DNA from: Chthoniobacteraceae bacterium
Lineage (GTDB): Bacteria > Verrucomicrobiota > Verrucomicrobiia > Chthoniobacterales > Chthoniobacteraceae
Assembly (NCBI GenBank): GCA_031409335.1
Contig: JANNWY010000160.1
Location: forward strand, 1 to 64,000
DNA length: 64,000 nt
Reading direction: 5' to 3'
Under the pieces are notes generated by a model that was not told the origin of the DNA, did no database searches, and saw only the letters and a program-made list of their open reading frames with translations. Positions 48,801 through 56,481 of this stretch are shown one piece after another. A program made the position numbers and the translations under genes. Position 1 is the stretch's first letter, and each line of letters begins with the position of its first letter.

Positions 48801-51800
48801 TTGGTACGGCTTCCGGGACCGCACGGGCGCGAGCGGGGGTTGGAAATTCGTCCTCCACGACTCGGAGCACACGCTGCGCAATCAGGACGAGAACCGCCTC
48901 GGATCGAGCGCGGGCAATGGCTGGCCGGCGGGCGATACAATCCGGCAAAATGAAGGTGGCGGCGCGACCGATGCGAAGACGAAATCGAACCCGCAATACA
49001 TCTGCTCGCAACTGCTCCGCTTTTCACCCGACTTCCGCGCGCTGTGGGCGGACCGCGTTTTCAAACATCTCAACAACAACGGCGCGCTCACCGTCGCGAA
49101 TTCGCAGGCGCGGCTCAATGCGTTGAAGAACGGCATCCTTTCCGCCACGATCGCGGAGTCCGCGCGCTGGGGCGACTCGAAGACCCAGCCCGCGCGCACG
49201 CAGAACGACTTTGTCTCCGCGATCGACGGCGTGCGCAACGGCTTCCTAGTGAACCGGAACCCGATCTTCATCTCGCAACTCCAAACGTGGGGCTGGTATC
49301 CCACGCTGCTCCCGCCGAGCTGGAACCAACGCGGTGGCGCGGTGAACACGGGCTTCTCACTCACGCTCACGAATCCGAACGCGAGCGGCACGATTTATTA
49401 CACGCTCGATGGCACCGATCCGCGCGCGCTCGGCAGCGGCATCGCGGGGACGGCGATCGCTTACACGGGGCCGATCGTGATCAATGTTTCCAGGACGATC
49501 CGCGCGCGCGTTTTGAATGCCGGATCGTGGAGCCCGCTGGACGAGGCGACCTTTTACACGAATCAAAACTTCAACAACTTCATCCTCTCCGAGATCAATT
49601 ACAGCCCGCTGCCAAACGGCGCGACGAGCGGCGACGAGTATGAATTTGTGGAATTCAAAAACGTCGGCGGCACCACGCTCGATCTCGGCGGACTGAATTT
49701 TTCCAGCGGCCTGACGTTCACTTTCCCGGTCGGGACTACGCTCGCGCCGAACGCATTCTTCGTGGTCGCACGAAACCCCGCGCAGTTCGCGCTGCGTTAT
49801 CCCGGCGTCACGGTGAATGGCACTTTCACGGGCAGGCTCGATAACGGCGGCGAGCGGCTCACGCTGCTGACGGGCGCGGGCAGCCAGATCATGGATTTCG
49901 ACTACAACGACACCGCGCCGTGGCCAGCCGCGCCGGACGGGCAGGGCTTTTCGCTCGTCGCGAAAAATCCGCCGACGCACACCGATCCGGGCAATGCCGC
50001 GACGTGGCGCGCGAGCACCGCGGTCGGCGGTTCGCCGGGCGCGGACGACCCGGCGAGCGTCATCGCGGGCATCGTGATCAATGAAGTGCTGACGAATTCC
50101 ATCCTGCCGCTGACCGACACGATCGAGCTGCACAATCCGACAGCAGGCGCGGTGAACGTGACCGATTGGTGGCTCACGGACGACACCTCGATTCCGAAAA
50201 AATATCGCCTGCCCGCGACGACGATTCCGGCGGGCGGATTGGTGACTTTCAATGAAGCGCAGTTCAACGCGACGCCGGGCGTCGGCACCAGCTTCTCGCT
50301 CGGCTCCACGGGCGAGCAGGTGTATCTCTACTCCGGCGACGTGGCGGGAAATCTCACGGGCTATTCGCACGGCGTGGAATTTCAGGCGGCGGACAACGAC
50401 GTGAGTTTTGGCCGCTACGTGAACAGCGTCGGCGACGAAAGTTTCCCGTCGCAAACCGCGCGCACGTTTGGCGCGGTGAATGCCGGCCCGATCGTCGGCC
50501 CGGTCGTCATCAATGAAATCCAATACAGCCCGCTCGTCGGCTACGACGAGTTCCTCGAAATCAGGAACATTTCCGCGAGCGCGGTGAATCTGTGGGACGC
50601 CGCGAATCCCGCGAATACCTGGAAAATCGGCGGACTCGATTTCGCCTTTCCCGCGAATACGACGATCGCCGCCGGAGCCTACGCGCTCGTGGTGAAAATC
50701 GATCCCGCGACTTTCCGCACGAAATATCAGATCCCGGGAGCCGTCCCGATCTACGGCCCATACCTCGGCGCGCTCGACGACAATGGCGAACGTCTCGAAC
50801 TGGAAAAACCCGCGCCGCCTTACGTCGATGGCCTCGGCCAGACGGTCGTGCCTTTCGTCATCGTGGACGCGGTGCGCTACAACAACCGTGCGCCGTGGCC
50901 GCCGAGCGCGGCGGGAGCGGGACCTTCGCTCCAGCGCGCGACCTCCACGCTTTACGCGGACGATCCGGCGAATTGGTTCGCCAGCGGCATCACGCCCGGC
51001 GCGAACAATGCGCTGAACGTCGCGCCCACCGTCACGCTCGCGAGCCCGGCGAACGGCGCGTCGTTCACCCTGCCCACGGCGATCACCCTCGTCGCGAATG
51101 CGAGCGACACGGATGGCTTCATCAGCAAGGTCGAGTTTTACGATGGAGCGGTGAAAATCGGTGAAGCGACGAACGCGCCTTACAACATCGCGTGGAGCAC
51201 CGCGTCGCCCGGCAGCCACACGCTGACCGCGCGTGCGATCGACAGCGGGCTCGCGGTGACGACTTCCGCCGCGATCACGATCAACGTTGTTGGCGGTGGC
51301 GTCGGCGGCACCGGCACGGGCTGGTTCGCGCAGTATTACAAAGACGCGAGCGGCACCTCGCACCTCGTCGATCCGCCGCTCGGCACGCGCACGGATGCGA
51401 CGATCAATTTCAACGACGGCACCGGCTGGCCAAATACGCTCGTGCCCGGCGCGGGCACCGATCTGGTGAGCGTCCGCTGGAGCGCGCAACTGCTCGTGCC
51501 CGCGACTTCGACTTACAATTTCTACACGAACTCCGACGACGGCGTGCGCCTCTACATCAACGGCCAGGCCATCATCAGCAATTGGACCGACCATGGGCCG
51601 ACGCCCAACATTGGCACTATCCAACTCAACGCGGGCCAGCTCTACGAAATCGTGCTCGAGTTTTTTGAGAACGGTGGAGGCGCGGTGATCTCCCTCGAAT
51701 ACGAAGCCAGCGGCGCGGGCATCGCGCGGCAAATCCTCCCGGCGAACCGGGTCTATCCCGCGTCCACGCCAAGCATCATCACGCATCCCGCGCCGGTCAC

Positions 51801-52398
51801 GCTCACCTCCGGGAACACCGCGAGCTTCAGCGTCCTCGCCGCGGGCGGCGTGCCGCTAAATTACCAGTGGCAGTTCAACAACGTCGATATTTCCGGTGCC
51901 ACCGGCCAGTCGCTCGTGCTCCAGGACCCGCTGCCCGCGCAGGCTGGAAACTACCGCGTCCGCGTGACCAATAGCTTTGGCAATGTAACCAGTAACAACG
52001 CCGCGTTTACCATCACCGATACCGATGGCGATGGCATCCCGAACTATTGGGAAAGCCAGTATGGGCTAAACCCCGCCGTGGCTAACAACGGCGACAGCGA
52101 TGGCGACGGAGCCAGCGACAAGAGCGAATTCCTCGCCGGCACCGACCCATTGGATAACTCCAGCCGCCTGAAGTTGAGCGTCGTCAAAAACACTCCCGCC
52201 GGCAGCGGATACAGACTCTCCTTCAGCGCGCAGAGCAACCGCACTTACACCGTGCAATACAAGAATGCGATGCCTGCCGCCACGTGGACCAACCTCCAGC
52301 AGATCCCCGCCGCGCCCGGCATTCGCGCCCTCGATTTCGTGGACTCCGCGGTCGGCCAGCCGCAGCGTTTCTACCGCGTCATCACCCCGCAGCAGTAG
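45868..52398 (+). CDS. Giant secreted multi-LTD / PA14 / CotH kinase / Ig protein (CotH-3)
   Basis: Four LTD-like domains, two PA14-like (NSDDG) domains, PKHAFRF/ERP/NNW/HDSE CotH motifs, Ig-like domains, DTDGDG C-terminal domain. Confidence 0.88.
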   Translation: MLQFVRTFFLLLTAALVSTARADVIITEFLANNNTGLTDEDGATSDWVELFNNGTATVNLAGWRLTDDSGDASKWIFPATNLAPNGFLIVFASEKNRINPAANLHTNFKLSANGGYLALIRQDGSPASVFNPYPAQYPDRPYGTAQSVATTTYIAANGALKYLVPANNTLGTTWTARTFVDTTWTGGTNGAGFETLTNGWLFKFFKGSSTISNLAQAEAVVASPPGQATQATTAIYNFSNGGGEGHYIGNNINPPPLDSGDIEDFVVEGTGIITIPTAGTWSFGVNSDDGNRIQIDLNKDGDFADAGETQSDDVLAGPHDFIRQFAFGTAGDFNIRVIVFERGGGAEGEVFARSGTFNTWTADFKLVGDTAAGGLVIRSIPAGSGGSGYLSLIGTNLIAPMANAVPKKSTAFFRYAFNVPSAAAVTTLTMPVNYDDGFVAYLNGTEVARRNVPAGTLNFDALASGNRLPSQALLAETVDLTPFVGSLVNGTNVLAIHGINDAAASNDFLIRPLLARYVVTPGAVSFFNTATPGGFNTAAVYNKVAPVIASVPRGFYTAAQSVTLTTGTAGATVYYSFDGSSPSATSPTSKNYTGPIAISQTTTLRYRAEKAGSDPSDSATQTYLFTADIKNQSANTDSIGGANPVITNPVGATNATTTWPRGTLSNSYYRITGGGSQILEYGMDTDITGPLTTYGPQVENSLKAIPSFSIVTDLGNLFDPATGIYSNPGGDEITFERPASVELIYPNGTTGFQVNCGLRLRGGFSRSTDNPKHAFRFFFRESYGAAKLDFPLFGNDPTAATSFDKFDLRTSQNYSWSFGGDGSNFFVPDEFGRLSQLAMGQVSSHSLHAHLYVNGQYWGLFNVDERPEAKFGATYFGGDAANFDTVKVDPDLGYVVEPTDGTLTGWYAFWTLADGMNAGNGNTVYQQMQGKNADGSVNPAYPVHLDAANLIDLMVNIYWSGNLDAPVSAFLSNFSPNNWYGFRDRTGASGGWKFVLHDSEHTLRNQDENRLGSSAGNGWPAGDTIRQNEGGGATDAKTKSNPQYICSQLLRFSPDFRALWADRVFKHLNNNGALTVANSQARLNALKNGILSATIAESARWGDSKTQPARTQNDFVSAIDGVRNGFLVNRNPIFISQLQTWGWYPTLLPPSWNQRGGAVNTGFSLTLTNPNASGTIYYTLDGTDPRALGSGIAGTAIAYTGPIVINVSRTIRARVLNAGSWSPLDEATFYTNQNFNNFILSEINYSPLPNGATSGDEYEFVEFKNVGGTTLDLGGLNFSSGLTFTFPVGTTLAPNAFFVVARNPAQFALRYPGVTVNGTFTGRLDNGGERLTLLTGAGSQIMDFDYNDTAPWPAAPDGQGFSLVAKNPPTHTDPGNAATWRASTAVGGSPGADDPASVIAGIVINEVLTNSILPLTDTIELHNPTAGAVNVTDWWLTDDTSIPKKYRLPATTIPAGGLVTFNEAQFNATPGVGTSFSLGSTGEQVYLYSGDVAGNLTGYSHGVEFQAADNDVSFGRYVNSVGDESFPSQTARTFGAVNAGPIVGPVVINEIQYSPLVGYDEFLEIRNISASAVNLWDAANPANTWKIGGLDFAFPANTTIAAGAYALVVKIDPATFRTKYQIPGAVPIYGPYLGALDDNGERLELEKPAPPYVDGLGQTVVPFVIVDAVRYNNRAPWPPSAAGAGPSLQRATSTLYADDPANWFASGITPGANNALNVAPTVTLASPANGASFTLPTAITLVANASDTDGFISKVEFYDGAVKIGEATNAPYNIAWSTASPGSHTLTARAIDSGLAVTTSAAITINVVGGGVGGTGTGWFAQYYKDASGTSHLVDPPLGTRTDATINFNDGTGWPNTLVPGAGTDLVSVRWSAQLLVPATSTYNFYTNSDDGVRLYINGQAIISNWTDHGPTPNIGTIQLNAGQLYEIVLEFFENGGGAVISLEYEASGAGIARQILPANRVYPASTPSIITHPAPVTLTSGNTASFSVLAAGGVPLNYQWQFNNVDISGATGQSLVLQDPLPAQAGNYRVRVTNSFGNVTSNNAAFTITDTDGDGIPNYWESQYGLNPAVANNGDSDGDGASDKSEFLAGTDPLDNSSRLKLSVVKNTPAGSGYRLSFSAQSNRTYTVQYKNAMPAATWTNLQQIPAAPGIRALDFVDSAVGQPQRFYRVITPQQ

Positions 52399-52426
52399 TC
52401 TGCCTGCCGCCGCAAGGCGCGTGCGT

Positions 52427-52849
52427 TCAGTCCCCGGTTGCCTCGAGGATTTCTGAAATCATTGGGACCAACTCCTCGGTCAGCACTGGCTTGATCAAGG
52501 CGCGTCCGTTGTTTTTTTTCAGGAACTCATCGACCCGCGGATTGTCGCTGTGGCCGGTGATGAAAAGAAACCGGTCGCAGAGGTGCGGCTTGGTCTTTTT
52601 TACCGCGAGGAAAAACATGTCGCCGGGAAGGCTCGGCATCACCAAGTCGCAAATGATCACGTCAAAATCCATATCCATCACCTCGCGCAGCCCCTCGACG
52701 CCATTCGTCGCGGTCGTGACCACGAAATTGCGGGATTCGAGGAGCGCTTTGAGCGTGTCGGCGAGTTCGATGTCGTCGTCGATCACGAGGATGCTTTTGA
52801 TGTCGAGCTCCGAGCTGTCAGCGGATTCGGTGGAGAGCGATGTGTGCAT
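52427..52849 (-). CDS. Single-domain response regulator (receiver)
   Basis: ILVIDDD, DVIICDLVMP, FITG, KP motifs. Confidence 0.9.
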   Translation of the reverse strand: MHTSLSTESADSSELDIKSILVIDDDIELADTLKALLESRNFVVTTATNGVEGLREVMDMDFDVIICDLVMPSLPGDMFFLAVKKTKPHLCDRFLFITGHSDNPRVDEFLKKNNGRALIKPVLTEELVPMISEILEATGD

Positions 52850-52944
52850 GGGTCGCCGCTCGTAAAGCAACCCGCACACCATCCTCCGCACTCATCTCAT
52901 TGGGATGATTTTCAGCCCCGTCCATTTGTCGCTAAATTCCCTGT

Positions 52945-53442
52945 TGACGCATTCGCTCCATTCCCTCAACTTCTCTCCACGCAGTTCGCGTCAACGGTTG
53001 TTGAGTCCTGTCGGATGAATCTCCCTCGCAAACCAGGAGTCCGCGCGTTCTCGTTCGTATCCCAAATACCTTCCCCGACTTCATGGCGGGACACCATCAG
53101 TGGTTCACAATTACAGGTCTTCAGAGACTTCTCGAATTCACACGAGGAATCTCCGCAGGCAGGCTCGTGGCGGAAAAACTTCCCGATTCAAAACCGGGTG
53201 GATTTTCCTGCGCCCGCGCCTTTTCGCACCGCCGTTCTTTTTTGAAAAAGACGGAATGGTCCGCCGCGGCACGAGTGTTGCGACAGATCGGGGTGCCTGA
53301 AGGCGGCGGTGGTCCCGCCACGGGCCATGCCATTTCCCGCGAACCCAGCGCACTTCAGGTGCGGGTCGCGAATTTACTCTGACACCGAGTTTTCCAGCTT
53401 TCGCAACTGGCCTTCCAGCCGGTCCGCAAAAAATCCCATTAT
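52945..53442 (+). promoter_or_regulatory. Putative rho promoter and ~470-nt structured 5' leader
   Basis: TTGACG-N17-CAACTT at 52945-52973; several nested stems at 53164-53275 and 53338-53370; no credible ORF. Confidence 0.45.
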
Positions 53443-55179
53443 ATGAATGAGCAAGAACAACCGCTGACAGTCGAAGAGGCTGGCGCTCCCGCCAAAACCT
53501 CCAAGCGACGAACGGTGAAACCGAAGACCACGACTGCGAAGGCTGCTGCCTCGAAAACTGCGAAACCGCGCGTCCGCAAGACGACAAAAAGCGCGAAAGC
53601 CGCGCCTGCGGATGAATCGCCCGACCCGGTGGCATCGGTGGAATCTCCGGTTCCCGAAACGCCGGTCGCACCCGAACCGGCACCGATCGCCGCGCTCGCA
53701 CCCGCGTTTTCGGAAGCACCTTCTCCGGCACCCGTGCCCGCGCCCGCGCCAGTCGCGCCCCGTCAATATCCGGTTTACATCCCGCGCCACGTCGCGAAGC
53801 AGCTCGAAGAAAGCGGCCAGCCCGCGCCCGTCGCCGTCACGGCGGAAATCGCCGCCTCTATGCCGATCGTAGCCGCTGCCGCTGCCGCTGCCGCTGCCAC
53901 GCACTTTTCCAACCCACCACCACAGGAGCAGCGTCGCGAACCGCGGCAGGATCGGCGCGACGATCGCCGCGGCCACCGGGACGACCGGCGCGGGTCCAAC
54001 GATAACCGGCGGGCACCGCAGGAATCCTTCGACGCGCCGCCCGAGCCAGCGCAAGGCCAGGTCATCGTCGAGGAAGAACTCGGCGTCTCGGAAGGAGTCG
54101 TCGAGATTTCCGGCAAAGGCTTTGGCTTCCTCCGCGACCCCAAAAAAGGCTACGCGCAGAATCCCAGCGACGTGTTCGTCACCCCCGAAATCGCCCGCAG
54201 TTACAACCTCCGCGACGGCCAATGGGTCAAAGGCAACACCCGGCGTGGCAATCGCGGCGCGCAACTTTACAAGCTCATCGAAGTCAACGGCGAGAACCCC
54301 GAAAATTCCCGGACGCAGCCCGCCTTCGACGAACTCACCGTCGTCAGCCCGCTCGAAAAGTTCACCCTCGAAACCGTCCCGGACCGCCACACCACGCGCA
54401 TCATCGACCTTTTCGCCCCGATCGGAAAAGGCCAGCGCGGCCTCATCGTCGCGCCGCCGCGCACGGGTAAAACCACGCTGCTCCAGCACATCGCCGATTC
54501 GATCGTCAAGAATCATCCCGAAACCAAGCTCATCATCCTCCTCGTCGATGAGCGCCCCGAGGAAGTGACCGACATCAAGCGCACCGTGCCGACCGCCGAG
54601 ATCATGGCCAGCTCGAACGACATGGACATCAAATCACACACGCGCATCGCCCAGCTCGCCATCGAGCGCGCCAAGCGCCTTTGCGAAGCCGGTCAGGACG
54701 TCTTCATCCTGCTCGACTCCATCACCCGCGTCGGCCGCGCCTTTAACAACGCCATGTCCGGTGGCGGACGCACCATGTCCGGCGGCGTCGATGCCCGCGC
54801 CCTGGAAATCCCGCGCCGCCTTTTCGCCGCCGCGCGCAATACTGAGGAAGCCGGCTCGATCACCATCGTCGCCACCGCGCTCATCGACACCGGCAGCCGC
54901 ATGGACGACCTCATCTTCCAGGAGTTCAAAGGCACTGGCAACATGGAGCTCGTCCTCGACCGCAAGATCAGCGACCAGCGCATCTATCCAGCGATCGACA
55001 TCTTTCTCTCCGGCACGCGCCGCGAAGAGCTGCTCATTCCTGCTGACGACCTCCACAAGATTGGAGTCATCCGCCGCGGGCTCAGTGGCTACAAACCCAT
55101 CGAAGCCATTGAGCGACTGATTTTCTTCATGAAGAAATTTCCGACGAACTCGGAGATGCTGAAGAATATTCCGGGCTGA
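53443..55179 (+). CDS. rho: Transcription termination factor Rho with a long N-terminal extension
   Basis: GFGFLR, PIGKGQRGLIVAPPRTGKT, LLVDERPEEVTD, LLDSITR, FKGTGNMEL, SGTRREELL. Confidence 0.97.
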   Translation: MNEQEQPLTVEEAGAPAKTSKRRTVKPKTTTAKAAASKTAKPRVRKTTKSAKAAPADESPDPVASVESPVPETPVAPEPAPIAALAPAFSEAPSPAPVPAPAPVAPRQYPVYIPRHVAKQLEESGQPAPVAVTAEIAASMPIVAAAAAAAAATHFSNPPPQEQRREPRQDRRDDRRGHRDDRRGSNDNRRAPQESFDAPPEPAQGQVIVEEELGVSEGVVEISGKGFGFLRDPKKGYAQNPSDVFVTPEIARSYNLRDGQWVKGNTRRGNRGAQLYKLIEVNGENPENSRTQPAFDELTVVSPLEKFTLETVPDRHTTRIIDLFAPIGKGQRGLIVAPPRTGKTTLLQHIADSIVKNHPETKLIILLVDERPEEVTDIKRTVPTAEIMASSNDMDIKSHTRIAQLAIERAKRLCEAGQDVFILLDSITRVGRAFNNAMSGGGRTMSGGVDARALEIPRRLFAAARNTEEAGSITIVATALIDTGSRMDDLIFQEFKGTGNMELVLDRKISDQRIYPAIDIFLSGTRREELLIPADDLHKIGVIRRGLSGYKPIEAIERLIFFMKKFPTNSEMLKNIPG

Positions 55180-55217
55180 GTGTCATAGGTGCGGCCATTG
55201 GCTCGACGCGGGTGCTG

Positions 55218-55389
55218 ATTGCCGCGGAGGATCCGGAAGACACGGAGAACGCGGAGATTTACGAACCCGGAGCCGCATACCCAATCGGTGAACTACGCCC
55301 TCCCGGCGACACGGAACGCACCCTCTTCCTCATCCGCGTTTTCCGTGTCTTCCATGTCCTCGGCGGCAATCTCCATCGCCGCTTTTAGG
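55218..55389. mobile_element. Second, inverted copy of the 45606-45795 element (one outer end missing)
   Basis: Reverse complement aligns along its length with 45606-45780; ends ATCTCCATCGCCGCTTTTAGG; lies between convergent rho and ABC genes. Confidence 0.8.
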
Positions 55390-55395
55390 ATCAAT

Positions 55396-56358
55396 TCACT
55401 CCGGTCGTACGCCTGGCTCGGTGAGATCCATGAAGGCTTGGTTCAGGTGACGGGTTTCTTCGCTGAACGATGTAACTTGGGCTCCGGCGCTGATGGCGGT
55501 TTGGAGGACGGTGTTTAAGCCTACCTGATGTCTCTCGATGGTAAGGGTGTAGCGGGGCTCGGTGGGTAAGGGCGGGGTGATGCCGAGGACGCCGGGGATT
55601 TTCAGCAGCGCGGCGATGGCGGTGGGATGTTCGGCGGCGAGGGTTAGCTGGTATTGGCTGGTGGTGCCTTCGCTTTGGGTGACTAGGCCGCGCATGGTGC
55701 CGGTGTATTTCACCGTGCCGCGATCCATGATCGTGACGTGGTCGCAGAGGGTGGCCAGCTCGCTGAGGATGTGGCTGCTGATGAAGATGGTTTTCCCGAG
55801 CCGGCGCAGTTCTTCCAAGATCTCCATGAGTTCGATCCGGGCGCGGGGGTCGAGGCCGCTGGCGGGTTCGTCGAGAAGGAGCAGATCGGGATCGTGGACG
55901 AGGACGCGGGCGAGGCTGACGCGCTGCTGCATCCCGCGCGAGAGGCCGGAGATGAGGTCGTTCTTGCGCCCGGTCATGTCGGTGAGGGCGAGGACGTCGG
56001 CGATGGTTTTGTCGCGCTGGGTTTGCAGAAGGCCGTAGGCTGCGCCGAAGAAGTCGAGATACTCAAAGACGGACATCTGGCGATACATGGAGAAGTGATC
56101 GGGCATGAAGCCGATGCGGCGGCGGACGGCTTTGCGGTCGGCGATGATATTGTGGCCGAAGAGTTGCACGGTGCCGGTCTGGGGACGGAGAAGGGTGGCG
56201 AGGACTTTGAGGGTGGTGGTTTTGCCCGCGCCATTCGGGCCAACGAAGCCGTGGATGGATTTCGGGGCGACGGTGAAGGTGACGCCATTCAGGGCGAGGT
56301 GCGTTTTGTAGCGATGCGAGAGGTTTTGGATGTCGATGACGAGGGGTGTTTCGCTCAT
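55396..56358 (-). CDS. ABC transporter ATP-binding protein (ABC-2 exporter type)
   Basis: GPNGAGKTT, LSRGMQQR, LLLDEPASGLDP, ISSH. Confidence 0.93.
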   Translation of the reverse strand: MSETPLVIDIQNLSHRYKTHLALNGVTFTVAPKSIHGFVGPNGAGKTTTLKVLATLLRPQTGTVQLFGHNIIADRKAVRRRIGFMPDHFSMYRQMSVFEYLDFFGAAYGLLQTQRDKTIADVLALTDMTGRKNDLISGLSRGMQQRVSLARVLVHDPDLLLLDEPASGLDPRARIELMEILEELRRLGKTIFISSHILSELATLCDHVTIMDRGTVKYTGTMRGLVTQSEGTTSQYQLTLAAEHPTAIAALLKIPGVLGITPPLPTEPRYTLTIERHQVGLNTVLQTAISAGAQVTSFSEETRHLNQAFMDLTEPGVRPE

Positions 56359-56372
56359 GGGAAAGGCGGCGG

Positions 56373-56467
56373 TCTTATTCTTGATCGTGCTCTTGCTCTT
56401 GATACTGATCCCTCTGCAATTCGGAAACGGAGAACGGAGGATCAAGATCAGGAGCAGGAGCAGGATT
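56373..56467. repeat. Inverted pair of hexamer (TCTTGC/GGAGCA-type) tandem arrays
   Basis: TCTTAT TCTTGA TCGTGC TCTTGC TCTTGA TACTGA TCC ... GGA TCAAGA TCAGGA GCAGGA GCAGGA. Confidence 0.7.
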
Positions 56468-56481
56468 GGGAAGTGGGAGGT

